Shown here: one piece after another, positions 18,753-27,627 of the stretch | Position numbering within the stretch: the stretch's first letter is position 1 | Layout: every line of letters begins with the position of its first letter | From: Eubacteriales bacterium | GTDB taxonomy: Bacteria > Bacillota > Clostridia > Oscillospirales > CAG-382 | DNA length: 64,000 nt | Direction of reading: 5' to 3' | Assembly (NCBI GenBank): GCA_045612545.1 | Contig: JAZKZH010000017.1 | Span: forward strand, 8,454-72,453 | Notes under the pieces: model-generated | Database searches by the model: none | Seen by the model: only the letters and a program-made list of their open reading frames with translations | Told to the model about the DNA's origin: nothing | Made by a program: the position numbers and the translations under genes

Positions 18753-19523
18753 ATGAGCAAGCATCGCATTCTATGCTTCGCCAACCAAAAGGGCGGAGTA
18801 GGTAAAACCACATCGGCTGTCAACGTGGCCGCCTGCCTGGCTCGTGCCGGCAGAAGGGTGCTTTTGGTGGACGCAGATCCTCAGGGCAACGCTACCAGTG
18901 GCATCGGTATTTCCAAGCGTGATTTGGAAAATACCATTTACGACGTTCTCATCGGCGAAAAGACCGTCAGCGAAACAGTGGTGGAGACCGGTGCAAAGAA
19001 CCTGTTCTTGCTTCCCTCGGGCATGGACCTTGTAGGTGCAGAGCTGGAGCTGGCGGACGTTTCCCGCAGGGAATACCGTTTGAAGGACGCTTTGGAGCAG
19101 GTGAAGGACCAATACGATTACATCATCATCGACTGTCCCCCTGCCTTGGGCTTGGTTACCATCAATACCTTGGTAGCGGCAGACGGAGTGGTGATTCCTT
19201 TGCTGTGCGAATACTACTCCTTGGAGGGTCTCACCCAATTGAACGCCACCATCGGGCAGATCCGCAAGAGATATAATTCCCATTTGGAGCTGGTGGGCGT
19301 GCTGATCAATATGTATGACGGCAGACTGAACCTCACGATAAGCGTGTTGGAGGAGATCAAGAAGTTCTTCCCCGGTAAGCTGTTCCGCACCCCTATTCCC
19401 CGTTCCGTACGTATGAGCGAGGCTCCCAGCCACGGGCTTTCCATTTTGGATTACGAGCCCAACGGCAAGGGTGCGGCCGCTTACGCCGCCGTTGCCCGCG
19501 AATTGATGACCCGTTGCGAGTAA
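18753..19523 (+). CDS. parA: Chromosome partitioning ATPase ParA/Soj
   Basis: NQKGGVGKTT, DADPQGNAT, IDCPP and SEAPSHG. Confidence 0.96.
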   Translation: MSKHRILCFANQKGGVGKTTSAVNVAACLARAGRRVLLVDADPQGNATSGIGISKRDLENTIYDVLIGEKTVSETVVETGAKNLFLLPSGMDLVGAELELADVSRREYRLKDALEQVKDQYDYIIIDCPPALGLVTINTLVAADGVVIPLLCEYYSLEGLTQLNATIGQIRKRYNSHLELVGVLINMYDGRLNLTISVLEEIKKFFPGKLFRTPIPRSVRMSEAPSHGLSILDYEPNGKGAAAYAAVARELMTRCE

Positions 19524-19540
19524 GATAGGAGAACAGATAT

Positions 19541-20458
19541 ATGGCAAAAAAAGGTTTGGGACGTGGGCTGAGCGCCCTGCTTTCCGACAACCAGCCCCAG
19601 CTTTCCGAAACGGAAGTAAGCACGGATGGTCGTCTGGTACAACTGCATATTTCCGACATCGAGCCGAACCGCAAGCAGCCCCGCAAGCATTTTGACGAAA
19701 ACGCTTTGATGGAGCTGGCTGAGTCCATTGGAATGCATGGACTTCTGGAGCCCATTGCGGTGCGCAGAAAGGATAACGGATATTACGAGATCATCGCCGG
19801 TGAACGCCGTTGGCGCGCCTCCCGCATGGCAGGGCTGAATACCATTCCCGCCATCATCAAGGAGATCGACGACGAGGAAGCCGCACTGCTTGCGCTGATC
19901 GAGAACCTGCAAAGAGAGGATCTCAACCCCGTGGAAGAGGCCGCCGGGTATCGTGATCTTATTGAAAGATACGACCTCACCCAAGAGGAGGCCGCCAAGA
20001 AGGTTGGGAAATCCCGCGCCAACGTGGCAAACCTTATGCGCCTTCTGAAGCACCCCGAAAGCGTGCTTGCCATGGTGGAAAGCGGTGTCCTTTCTTACGG
20101 TCACGCCAGAGCACTTCTGCCCTTGGCGGAGCGCATGAGTGAAAAGGAAGTTTTGGCCACTGCGGAAAAGGTGGCAGAGGAGGAGCTTTCCGTTCGTCAG
20201 ACGGAGGCTTTGGTAAAGAATCTGCTCTCACCCGCTCCCAAGAGCGGAGAAAAGCCTGTCGACCCCGTGAAGGCACAGTACATCAAGGTATTGGAGCGTT
20301 CTGTCAGCGAATCCGCAGGACGGAAGGCCTCCATCAAGGCAGAAAAGGACGGAAGCGGTAAATTGGTTTTGTCCTTCGCCTCCACTGAGGATCTGGAAGC
20401 ACTTTTGCAGACCCTCTGCGGAAAACATTTTTTGGAAGAACTCAGCGAAACGCTGTAA
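19541..20458 (+). CDS. parB: Chromosome partitioning protein ParB/Spo0J
   Basis: KKGLGRGL, QPRKHF, IIAGERRWRA, IENLQREDLN and an HTH. Confidence 0.96.
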   Translation: MAKKGLGRGLSALLSDNQPQLSETEVSTDGRLVQLHISDIEPNRKQPRKHFDENALMELAESIGMHGLLEPIAVRRKDNGYYEIIAGERRWRASRMAGLNTIPAIIKEIDDEEAALLALIENLQREDLNPVEEAAGYRDLIERYDLTQEEAAKKVGKSRANVANLMRLLKHPESVLAMVESGVLSYGHARALLPLAERMSEKEVLATAEKVAEEELSVRQTEALVKNLLSPAPKSGEKPVDPVKAQYIKVLERSVSESAGRKASIKAEKDGSGKLVLSFASTEDLEALLQTLCGKHFLEELSETL

Positions 20459-20482
20459 AACGCCGTAAGGAGAATAGAAAAT

Positions 20483-21760
20483 ATGATCGATATTAAATTT
20501 CTGAGAGAAAATCCGGACGTTGTCCGCGAAAACATTAAGAAGAAGTTTCAGGATGCCAAGCTCCCCATGGTGGACGAGATCTTGGAGCTGGACAAGCGTA
20601 ACCGCGCCATCAAGGGCGAGGTTGAAGCCCTGCGTTCCGAGCGTAACAAGGGCTCTAAGTCCATCGGTATGCTGATGGGTCAGGGCAAACGCGAGGAGGC
20701 AGAAGCACTGAAGAAGCAGATCGCCGCAATGGGCGGTAAGATCGATGAGCTTTCCGCTGAGGAAAAGCAGGTGGAGGAAGCACTTCTTGCTAAGATGATG
20801 CTGATCCCCAACATCATTGATCCTTCCGTTCCCATCGGTAAGGACGACAGTGAGAACGTAGAGGTACAGAAGTACGGCGAGCCCGTGATCCCTCCCTATG
20901 ACATTCCCTACCACACCGAGATCATGGAGAAGTTCTCCGGCATTGATCTGGATTCCGCCGGCAGAGTGGCAGGCAACGGCTTCTACTACCTGATGGGCGA
21001 CATCGCCAGACTTCATTCCGCTGTGATCTCCTACGCAAGAGACTTTATGATCGACAGAGGGTTCACCTACTGCGTACCTCCCTTTATGATCCGTTCCGCT
21101 GTAGTAAACGGCGTTATGAGCTTTGCGGAGATGGACGCTATGATGTACAAGATCGAGGGCGAGGATCTCTATCTCATCGGTACCTCCGAGCATTCCATGA
21201 GCGGTAAGTTCATTGACCAGATCATCGATGAAAAGCAGCTTCCTATCACCCTCACCAGCTATTCTCCCTGCTTCCGTAAGGAAAAGGGCGCCCACGGCAT
21301 TGAAGAGAGAGGCGTTTACCGTATCCACCAGTTTGAAAAGCAGGAAATGATCGTGGTTTGCAGCCCCGAGGAATCTCCCGTTTGGTTCGATAAGCTGTGG
21401 CAGAACACCGTAGATCTGTTCCGTTCTCTGGATATTCCCGTCAGAACGCTGGAGTGCTGCTCCGGTGACTTGGCGGATTTGAAGGTGAAGTCCGTGGACG
21501 TAGAGGCATGGTCTCCCAGACAGAAGAAGTACTTCGAGATCGGCTCCTGCTCCAACCTGGGCGATGCGCAGGCAAGACGCTTGAAGATGCGTGTCAACGG
21601 CGAGAACGGAAAGTATCTCCCCCACACCTTGAACAACACGGTGGTAGCTCCTCCCCGTATGCTCATCGCATTCTTGGAAAACAATCTCCAGGCAGACGGC
21701 TCCATTCGTATTCCCGAGCCTCTCCGTCCCTACATGGGCGGTAAAGCGGAGATCCGCTAA
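20483..21760 (+). CDS. serS: Serine--tRNA ligase
   Basis: Coiled-coil N-terminal arm, GTSEH, CFRKE, RIHQFEKQE, EIGSCSN and HTLNNT. Confidence 0.97.
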   Translation: MIDIKFLRENPDVVRENIKKKFQDAKLPMVDEILELDKRNRAIKGEVEALRSERNKGSKSIGMLMGQGKREEAEALKKQIAAMGGKIDELSAEEKQVEEALLAKMMLIPNIIDPSVPIGKDDSENVEVQKYGEPVIPPYDIPYHTEIMEKFSGIDLDSAGRVAGNGFYYLMGDIARLHSAVISYARDFMIDRGFTYCVPPFMIRSAVVNGVMSFAEMDAMMYKIEGEDLYLIGTSEHSMSGKFIDQIIDEKQLPITLTSYSPCFRKEKGAHGIEERGVYRIHQFEKQEMIVVCSPEESPVWFDKLWQNTVDLFRSLDIPVRTLECCSGDLADLKVKSVDVEAWSPRQKKYFEIGSCSNLGDAQARRLKMRVNGENGKYLPHTLNNTVVAPPRMLIAFLENNLQADGSIRIPEPLRPYMGGKAEIR

Positions 21761-22179
21761 TGAGCGTCACCTTTGCGGTCTGGACGATTCTGGCAGGCAT
21801 TGGAATTGCCATCGTTTACCTTTGGTATCAAAGGAGATTCGTGGGCGAGTTTGTGCGCAAGCTATTGACCATCGACGCCGACTCTCCCGATACCGCTGTT
21901 TCCATGGAGGAATTGCATTGTAAGATGACACCTCCCCTGCAGCTGGCTTTGCGAGAAGAAGGTACTCTTTATGAGGCGGTACTGAAAACCGAGGAAGAAA
22001 CGCCCCGGTATTACGTTGCGCCCGAAAAGAAGAAAATGCTGGCGGCCAAATACAAAAACGAAAACGTAGGCTTTTTCGCCGTAGTTTTGGGAGTTTGTAT
22101 TCTCGTGGTGGTAGGCGTGCTGTTCACTGTGCTGTATCCCGTCCTTTCCGATTTCTTAGATAGCTTGTTTTCCGCTTGA
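21760..22179 (+). CDS. Hypothetical membrane protein with N- and C-terminal TM helices
   Basis: Translationally coupled to serS (TAATG); two hydrophobic helices. Confidence 0.7.
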   Translation: MSVTFAVWTILAGIGIAIVYLWYQRRFVGEFVRKLLTIDADSPDTAVSMEELHCKMTPPLQLALREEGTLYEAVLKTEEETPRYYVAPEKKKMLAAKYKNENVGFFAVVLGVCILVVVGVLFTVLYPVLSDFLDSLFSA

Positions 22180-22194
22180 TCAGGAGGACTTTTT

Positions 22195-23052
22195 ATGAAA
22201 AAAAGAAATCCGCTATACGTTGCCATCACGATCGCCATCATCCTGACCTTAGTCACGGTGGCGGTGATCCTGCTGATGGGATACCGCTACACCTCCGAGG
22301 ACGGAACGAAATTCGTGGGTGATACCGAAAGCGGACAGCCCACCAGCGGCACCATCAATTATCCCGATGGAAGCTCGGCAACCTTGGACTATGCCAATAA
22401 AACCATCACCTACGACAACGGAGACGTTTACGTGGGGGATATCAGCGGTCTTATGCGCAACGGAAACGGCAAAATGACCTTTGCCGCCACCGGGGACGTT
22501 TATGAGGGTACCTTCATCGACGATAAAATGACCGGCGTGGGAAAAATGACCTACGCAAACGGAGACGTTTATGAGGGCGGCGTACAGGATGCCAAAAAGC
22601 ATGGCGAGGGGAAATTCTATTTCTCCAACGGTAACTCCTACGTGGGAGCCTACGTGGAGGATTCCATGACGGGCTACGGCGTGTTTACCTGGAGCTCGGG
22701 GGCTTCCTACGAGGGATATTTCGTGAACGACATTAAGCAGGGGCAAGGCAAAATGACCTTTGCCAACGGGGACGTTTACGAGGGGCAGTTCCGCGATGAT
22801 CTGCGCCACGGCAACGGACATTATACATGGAAGGACGGCACCTATTATACAGGCACCTTCCGCAACAATCTGATGGACACCCGCATTCTGGATGAAAACG
22901 GAAATTTCGTCCTCGGCGAAGACGGTGCTTACGTTCACGGTAGCGTGGGGTATTACACCACCGTTTCTCAGGACGACACCAAGATCTATATTGGATATTT
23001 TGAAGCAGGCAAGATCGTTGCCATTTACGAAAATACGGAGGAACTGCAATGA
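22195..23052 (+). CDS. Membrane-anchored MORN-repeat protein
   Basis: N-terminal TM helix; repeated GDVYEG-x-GxGKMTFAN units (MORN consensus); AGGAGG RBS. Confidence 0.88.
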   Translation: MKKRNPLYVAITIAIILTLVTVAVILLMGYRYTSEDGTKFVGDTESGQPTSGTINYPDGSSATLDYANKTITYDNGDVYVGDISGLMRNGNGKMTFAATGDVYEGTFIDDKMTGVGKMTYANGDVYEGGVQDAKKHGEGKFYFSNGNSYVGAYVEDSMTGYGVFTWSSGASYEGYFVNDIKQGQGKMTFANGDVYEGQFRDDLRHGNGHYTWKDGTYYTGTFRNNLMDTRILDENGNFVLGEDGAYVHGSVGYYTTVSQDDTKIYIGYFEAGKIVAIYENTEELQ

Positions 23053-23921
23053 TGAACAAGGCTCGTTTTGTATTCTCCGCTTTTGCGGACGAGATCACTC
23101 CCGATTTTGACGGCCAGCTTGCCGCATTGAAGGAGCTGGGGATTCCCCTTTTGGAGCTTCGGGGCGTGGACGGAAAAAGCTTTGTACAGCTGACAGACGA
23201 TGAAGTTGCCGCTGTGAAGGCTAAGCTTGAAGCCGCAGGAATTGGGCTTTCCGCTTTAGGCTCCCCCATCGGTAAGATGGATGCAGACGGAGATTTTGAA
23301 GCCCATTTGAAGCTTTTTGACCGTGTAATGGATCTGGGCGATCAACTGGGTTGCAAGCGGATCCGTATGTTCAGCTTCTATCCGGGCGCTTTGGAAAGAG
23401 AAGCCTTTGAACAAAGGGTAGCGGAATGGATGGAGATTTTGGTTTCAAAGGCTGAGGAAAGAGGATTTGTTCTCTGCCATGAAAACGAAAAGGATATCTA
23501 CGGTGACTCCCCGGAAAACGAAGTCAAGCTGATGGCACGCTTCGGAGGCCGATTGAAGGCGGTTCTTGACCCCGGCAATTTTGCCTTCTGCAAGATGGAT
23601 CCCGCACCTGCGTATCCCTTGTTGAAGGAGTACATCGAATATTTCCATATCAAGGATGCAGACGAGGAGGGTATCATCGTGCCTCCCGGAAAAGGCGTTG
23701 CCCTTCTGGAAGAAACACTTTGCAAGATCGCTTCCGACCGTGCAGGTCAGGACGTGATCTTGACCATGGAGCCTCATTTGATGATGTTCACCGGGTTGTC
23801 CTCCCTTTCCAAGCTGGATGATATCCGCCACAAATACACCTTTGAATCTCCCTTCGAGGCATTCCGCGTAGCTTATGAAGCAGTTCGCGAAATGGCAGAG
23901 CGTGCTTGCGCGGCTGAATAA
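23049..23921 (+). CDS. Sugar phosphate isomerase/epimerase (AP-endonuclease-2 TIM barrel)
   Basis: SAFADEI, GSPIGK, IRMFSF, HENEKDIYG, DPGNF, HIKDA and EPHL. Confidence 0.88.
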   Translation: MMNKARFVFSAFADEITPDFDGQLAALKELGIPLLELRGVDGKSFVQLTDDEVAAVKAKLEAAGIGLSALGSPIGKMDADGDFEAHLKLFDRVMDLGDQLGCKRIRMFSFYPGALEREAFEQRVAEWMEILVSKAEERGFVLCHENEKDIYGDSPENEVKLMARFGGRLKAVLDPGNFAFCKMDPAPAYPLLKEYIEYFHIKDADEEGIIVPPGKGVALLEETLCKIASDRAGQDVILTMEPHLMMFTGLSSLSKLDDIRHKYTFESPFEAFRVAYEAVREMAERACAAE

Positions 23922-25446
23922 GGCGTTAGAGACCGCCCACGGAAGTTTGCTTTGCTGCTTTCTTTCCGGTGCGGTCTTTTCTTTGCCTTATTTTTTTGAA
24001 AAGCTGTTCCCGCTTACCTTTTTGGGATTGTTTTGCTTCTTTTGGCTGTTGAAGCTTGAGGTCACGCAAAAGAGGCGATTCAAAGGGATCCTTTGCTTTT
24101 TCCTTGGATTTTATCTTTGTCTTTGCTCATGGTTTGTTGCCATGTATCCCCTTTCCGCATTTGGGTTCACTCCCTTGCAGGCGGTGCTTGTGATCGGTTT
24201 TTGCTGTGTGCTTGTGCCTGTCAAGATGGCACTGCAGCACGGATTCTTTCTGTGGCTGGGAAAATTCCTGCCGGAGAATCCCTATCTCCGCGCTATTGGG
24301 TACGGTTGTCTTTGGGTGGCGGCAGAGCTTTCTCTCCATTTTGGAATCCTGGCCTTCCCTTGGGGGACGATGGCACTTTCCCAAACCGGGTTTGCTCCGC
24401 TGATCCAAACGGTCTCCTTATTTGGATCGGAATGGATCGCCTTTTTTGCCGTCACCTTTTGTTCGTTGGCAGTAGAGGCGGTGAAAAGCAAGGAACAAAG
24501 AATGGCACTGGTAACCTCTGCTTCCTTCCTTCTGCCCGTGATGGCGGGGTATCTTCTCATCATGCTTGGCAGTACACCCCAAAGCACCATTCCCGCCGCG
24601 GTATTGCAAGGAAACGTATCCACCGAGGAAAAATGGGGAGAGAATATTGCCCAGGACGTGTTTGAGACCTATGCCAAGATGGCGAAAGAGGCGGCGGAAA
24701 AGGGCGCAAAGGTGATCCTGCTCCCGGAGACTGCCATCCCTGTGAAGTTCAATGAACATGGAATCGTTCACGAGACCTTTGGAGAGATTGCCAAAGAGTA
24801 TGACTGCACCATCATTATGGGTATCTTCCGAAAGGAGGAGGGCAAGTCCTTCAACTCTTTGGTAGCAATTGACTCCCGAGGAAATCTTTCCACGATGTAC
24901 GACAAACGGTATCCCGTCCCCTTTGGGGAATATATGCCCATGGGTGAGCTGTTGGAGCAGATCTTTCCTGCTCTTGCGGGGCTGAACCCCGAAGGAACCA
25001 TTACCCCGGGAGACACGCCAATTGACATTGAAAACAAGGATTATCGCATATGTTGCTATATCTGCTTTGACACCGTGTTCGGCGGTTGGGAGGGCGCTTC
25101 CTGCAATTCTGATTTTCAAGTGGTGGTGACCAATGACGGTTGGTTTGGAGACAGTGCCGCCTTAGGGCAGCACCTACGCCATGCAAAGCTCCGCGCTATT
25201 GAAAGCGGAAGCTCACTGCTTCGCGCCGCAAACACGGGCATTTCCGCCATTGTGGATAAGGACGGAAGTCTGTTGCAGTCTTCCGAGATACAGACTCGGG
25301 AGATCGTGTACGGTGACTTACCCTTGTATCAGGGGAAGACAGTGTATGCTTGCCTTGGGAACGTGTTCCCCATATCCTGTCTTATATTCCTTGCAGGAAG
25401 CTTTGGGTACGCCATTTGGGCAAATCAAAAGCAGAAAATGCAATAA
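23875..25446 (+). CDS. lnt: Apolipoprotein N-acyltransferase
   Basis: Multi-TM N-terminus with FPW, LQGNV, catalytic E (LPETA), K (YDKRYPVPFGEY) and C (ICFD), TNDGWF, QH, RAIE and RAANTGIS. Exact start uncertain. Confidence 0.9.
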   Translation: MKQFAKWQSVLARLNKALETAHGSLLCCFLSGAVFSLPYFFEKLFPLTFLGLFCFFWLLKLEVTQKRRFKGILCFFLGFYLCLCSWFVAMYPLSAFGFTPLQAVLVIGFCCVLVPVKMALQHGFFLWLGKFLPENPYLRAIGYGCLWVAAELSLHFGILAFPWGTMALSQTGFAPLIQTVSLFGSEWIAFFAVTFCSLAVEAVKSKEQRMALVTSASFLLPVMAGYLLIMLGSTPQSTIPAAVLQGNVSTEEKWGENIAQDVFETYAKMAKEAAEKGAKVILLPETAIPVKFNEHGIVHETFGEIAKEYDCTIIMGIFRKEEGKSFNSLVAIDSRGNLSTMYDKRYPVPFGEYMPMGELLEQIFPALAGLNPEGTITPGDTPIDIENKDYRICCYICFDTVFGGWEGASCNSDFQVVVTNDGWFGDSAALGQHLRHAKLRAIESGSSLLRAANTGISAIVDKDGSLLQSSEIQTREIVYGDLPLYQGKTVYACLGNVFPISCLIFLAGSFGYAIWANQKQKMQ

Positions 25447-25448
25447 GT

Positions 25449-25489
25449 AAAAGACTCTTCCACTTCTTTAAGAAATGAAAGAGTCTTTT
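25449..25489. terminator. Bidirectional terminator between lnt and the 6S RNA
   Basis: AAAAGACTCTT...AAGAGTCTTTT. Confidence 0.7.
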
Positions 25490-25504
25490 GTTATTTTTGT
25501 TCAA

Positions 25505-25712
25505 GGCCCCGCCACGGCCGTGCCCCCATGAGAAGAAACCCTGCTCTGTGCAGGTGGGTGCTCTCTCCAACGCTTTAGTACTTCCAACGTCCACCTCGCA
25601 GAAAGGCAAGGCGGGAGGCCTGCACACCACTTTGGAATATGAGCTCCCTTTCTCTCTTGTGGGTTTTTACATAGGGCGATCGGGTCATTCAACCGCACGC
25701 ACCGGGCAGGAT
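25505..25712 (-). ncRNA. ssrS: 6S RNA
   Basis: Minus strand carries the Firmicute 6S signature GAGCACCCACCTG...GCAGGGTT and GGGAGC. The 5' CCTGCC-CGGT-GCGTGC pairs with the 3' GCACG-GCCG-TGGCGGGG, closing a rod of about 200 nt. Ends approximate. Confidence 0.8.
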
Positions 25713-25715
25713 AAG

Positions 25716-26015
25716 TGGCGCCAAAACTATGTCGGCACCATGTAGTTCAGGTTGCGCCACATCGAAAACCCCTTCGAAAAAGCCCTGCACAGCAGTGCAT
25801 TTTCGAGAGGGCTTTTCACAGCCGTTGGTTCATTATCTCTCGAAACAAGCTTACGCTGACCTTTTTATAGCTGGCGCCAAAACTATGTCGGCACCATGTA
25901 GTTCAGGTTGCGCCACATCAAAAACCCCTTCGAAAAAGCCCTGCACAGCTGTTGAACAGCGGTTCATTTTCGAGAGGGCTTTTCACAGCCGTTGGTTCAT
26001 TATCTCTCGAAACAA
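25716..26015. repeat. Tandem direct repeat, two copies (25716-25848 and 25872-26015) of a structured non-coding unit
   Basis: TGGCGCCAAAACTATGTCGGCACCATGTAGTTCAGG...CTCGAAACAA occurs twice, starts 156 bp apart; copy 2 has a short internal insertion. Confidence 0.92.
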
Positions 26016-26048
26016 AGGCTACGCGCAGCGTTTACAAGAATGCGTCGC

Positions 26049-26221
26049 TTGCCCGAATTCACTTCGGGCAAAAAGACACCGCTATCGGTTTTTCTCCCCG
26101 CGGTTAGCGGCAGGAGAAAAATTCGCAACTTGTTGCGAACCCCATAAGGGGCCCGCCCTGCGCGGAAGCAGGGCGAAAAACCAATGAAAAGCACTTGTGC
26201 TTTTCATTGAACGCGAAGCGT
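26049..26221. repeat. Dense array of short palindromes (REP-like)
   Basis: Seven hairpins at 26049-71, 26089-121, 26122-39, 26140-51, 26154-75, 26182-209 and 26211-21. Confidence 0.8.
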
Positions 26222-26222
26222 A

Positions 26223-26522
26223 TTATACTCCCTCGGAGCCTTCTTCTGCGTCCATGTCGAACTCGCCGAGGAACTGATCCTCGAACGCATCGGCAACGCG
26301 GTCAAACTCATCGTCATCATCAATGGTAACAAGAAGTTCTTCACCGTTTTCGTCAACCTCAACCTTCAGCACCACGTATTCATCCGCATCGTCATTATCT
26401 GCGGGAACCAATGCAAGGTAGATCTGACCCTCAATCTCCAACTCACCGATCAAAGCAAATTGGCTTTCGTTACCCTCCTCATCGGTCAGGGTAAACAGTT
26501 CTTCGTTTTCCATATTTGCCAT
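26223..26522 (-). CDS. DUF1292 family acidic protein
   Basis: FTLTDEEGNE, YLALVP and IDDDDEFDRVADAF; start re-called at MANMEN after a GGAGG RBS. Confidence 0.88.
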   Translation of the reverse strand: MANMENEELFTLTDEEGNESQFALIGELEIEGQIYLALVPADNDDADEYVVLKVEVDENGEELLVTIDDDDEFDRVADAFEDQFLGEFDMDAEEGSEGV

Positions 26523-26711
26523 TACGAAATCCTCCTTCGTTTGTATAAAAAGCCTTTTTCTGCTTGTATTATACGCATTTTCCACCCTTCTGTCAAGTGG
26601 TTTACGCTTTTTTCGTTCGACATTCCTCGTCATAAGGCTTGAAACGGTTGACTTTTTCACTTTCTTCTGCTATACTTCTTCCGAGAAAAAACCCATGGGA
26701 GGGCTTTTGAC

Positions 26712-27455
26712 ATGGCTTTCATTCCCCGACTGTTCCTCACGCCCGGTGAGATCACCCCCGGTCATGCGGCAGTGACCAACGAAATGGATATTAACCACGT
26801 AAAGAACGTGCTGAGAATTCCCGTAGGAGGCAAAGTGACCGTTTGCGATGGGGAGGGTACGATCTATCCCGGCATAATCAGTTGCTTTGGAGAAGGGCGT
26901 ATGGAGGTTTCCCTTGGAGAGGGTGTCTCCGACACCAGTGAGCTTCCCTTTGGGGTGACGGTATATCAATGCTATCCCAAGGGTGAGAAGGCAGAGACCG
27001 TGGTGCAAAAGGCGGTAGAGCTGGGGGCCACGGAGATCGTGTTCGTCATGAGCAGTCGGTGCGTTGCTCGCCCCGATGAAAAGTCCATGGAGAAAAAGCT
27101 GGTGAGACTCCAGAGAATTGCGGATTCCGCCGCGGCGCAAAGCGGCCGTTGTGTGCTGCCCGAGGTGCGGGGATTGATCTCTTATAAGGAGGCCTGCACA
27201 GAGGCGGCCAAGGCGGGCTGCGCCTTCCTGTGCTATGAGGGCGAGGGTACCTTACCCGTACGGAGCATTTTGGAGGAAAAGAAGGGCGCGGAAAGCTACG
27301 CCTTCTTGATCGGGCCGGAGGGAGGGATCTCTCCCGAGGAAGTACAGATCGCCAGAGACAACGGGCTCAGCCTTGCAGGGCTTGGCGGACGGATTTTGCG
27401 TACCGAGACGGCGGCGCTGTTCGTGCTGTCCGCGGTGAACGTGTTGTGTGAATAA
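26712..27455 (+). CDS. rsmE: 16S rRNA m3U1498 methyltransferase RsmE
   Basis: HVKNVLR, QKAVELG, IGPEGG and LGGRILRTETA. Confidence 0.95.
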   Translation: MAFIPRLFLTPGEITPGHAAVTNEMDINHVKNVLRIPVGGKVTVCDGEGTIYPGIISCFGEGRMEVSLGEGVSDTSELPFGVTVYQCYPKGEKAETVVQKAVELGATEIVFVMSSRCVARPDEKSMEKKLVRLQRIADSAAAQSGRCVLPEVRGLISYKEACTEAAKAGCAFLCYEGEGTLPVRSILEEKKGAESYAFLIGPEGGISPEEVQIARDNGLSLAGLGGRILRTETAALFVLSAVNVLCE

Positions 27456-27460
27456 AAGCA

Positions 27461-27498
27461 TTAAGGACCTTTCTTTCGAAAAAGAAAGGTCCTTAATA
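27461..27498. terminator. Long perfect hairpin (terminator) after rsmE
   Basis: ATTAAGGACCTTTCTTT-CGAA-AAAGAAAGGTCCTTAAT. Confidence 0.75.
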
Positions 27499-27627
27499 AT
27501 CCCCAAAGAAACCTATCGTGAGGGCAAAGAAAAAGGAGAATATTTTGCAGAATACAGGGCTGTGCCGAAATGGCACAGCCTTTATAAATTGCCGGATTCT
27601 CAAGGGACGAGTCCCTTGAGCGGTCTC

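Noticed and set aside
18590-20480. parS site or replication origin near parAB
   Set aside because: I did not spot a TGTTTCACGTGAAACA-like palindrome or a DnaA-box cluster by eye; a motif scan would be needed to exclude degenerate sites.
20459-20482. T-box riboswitches before serS or lysS
   Set aside because: The intergenic gaps are only about 15-25 bp, too short for a T-box.
25716-26221. CRISPR array, or a real 152-aa ORF (25729-26187)
   Set aside because: Only two long copies, no repeat-spacer periodicity and no cas genes. The ORF just translates the duplicated palindromic DNA and has no RBS.
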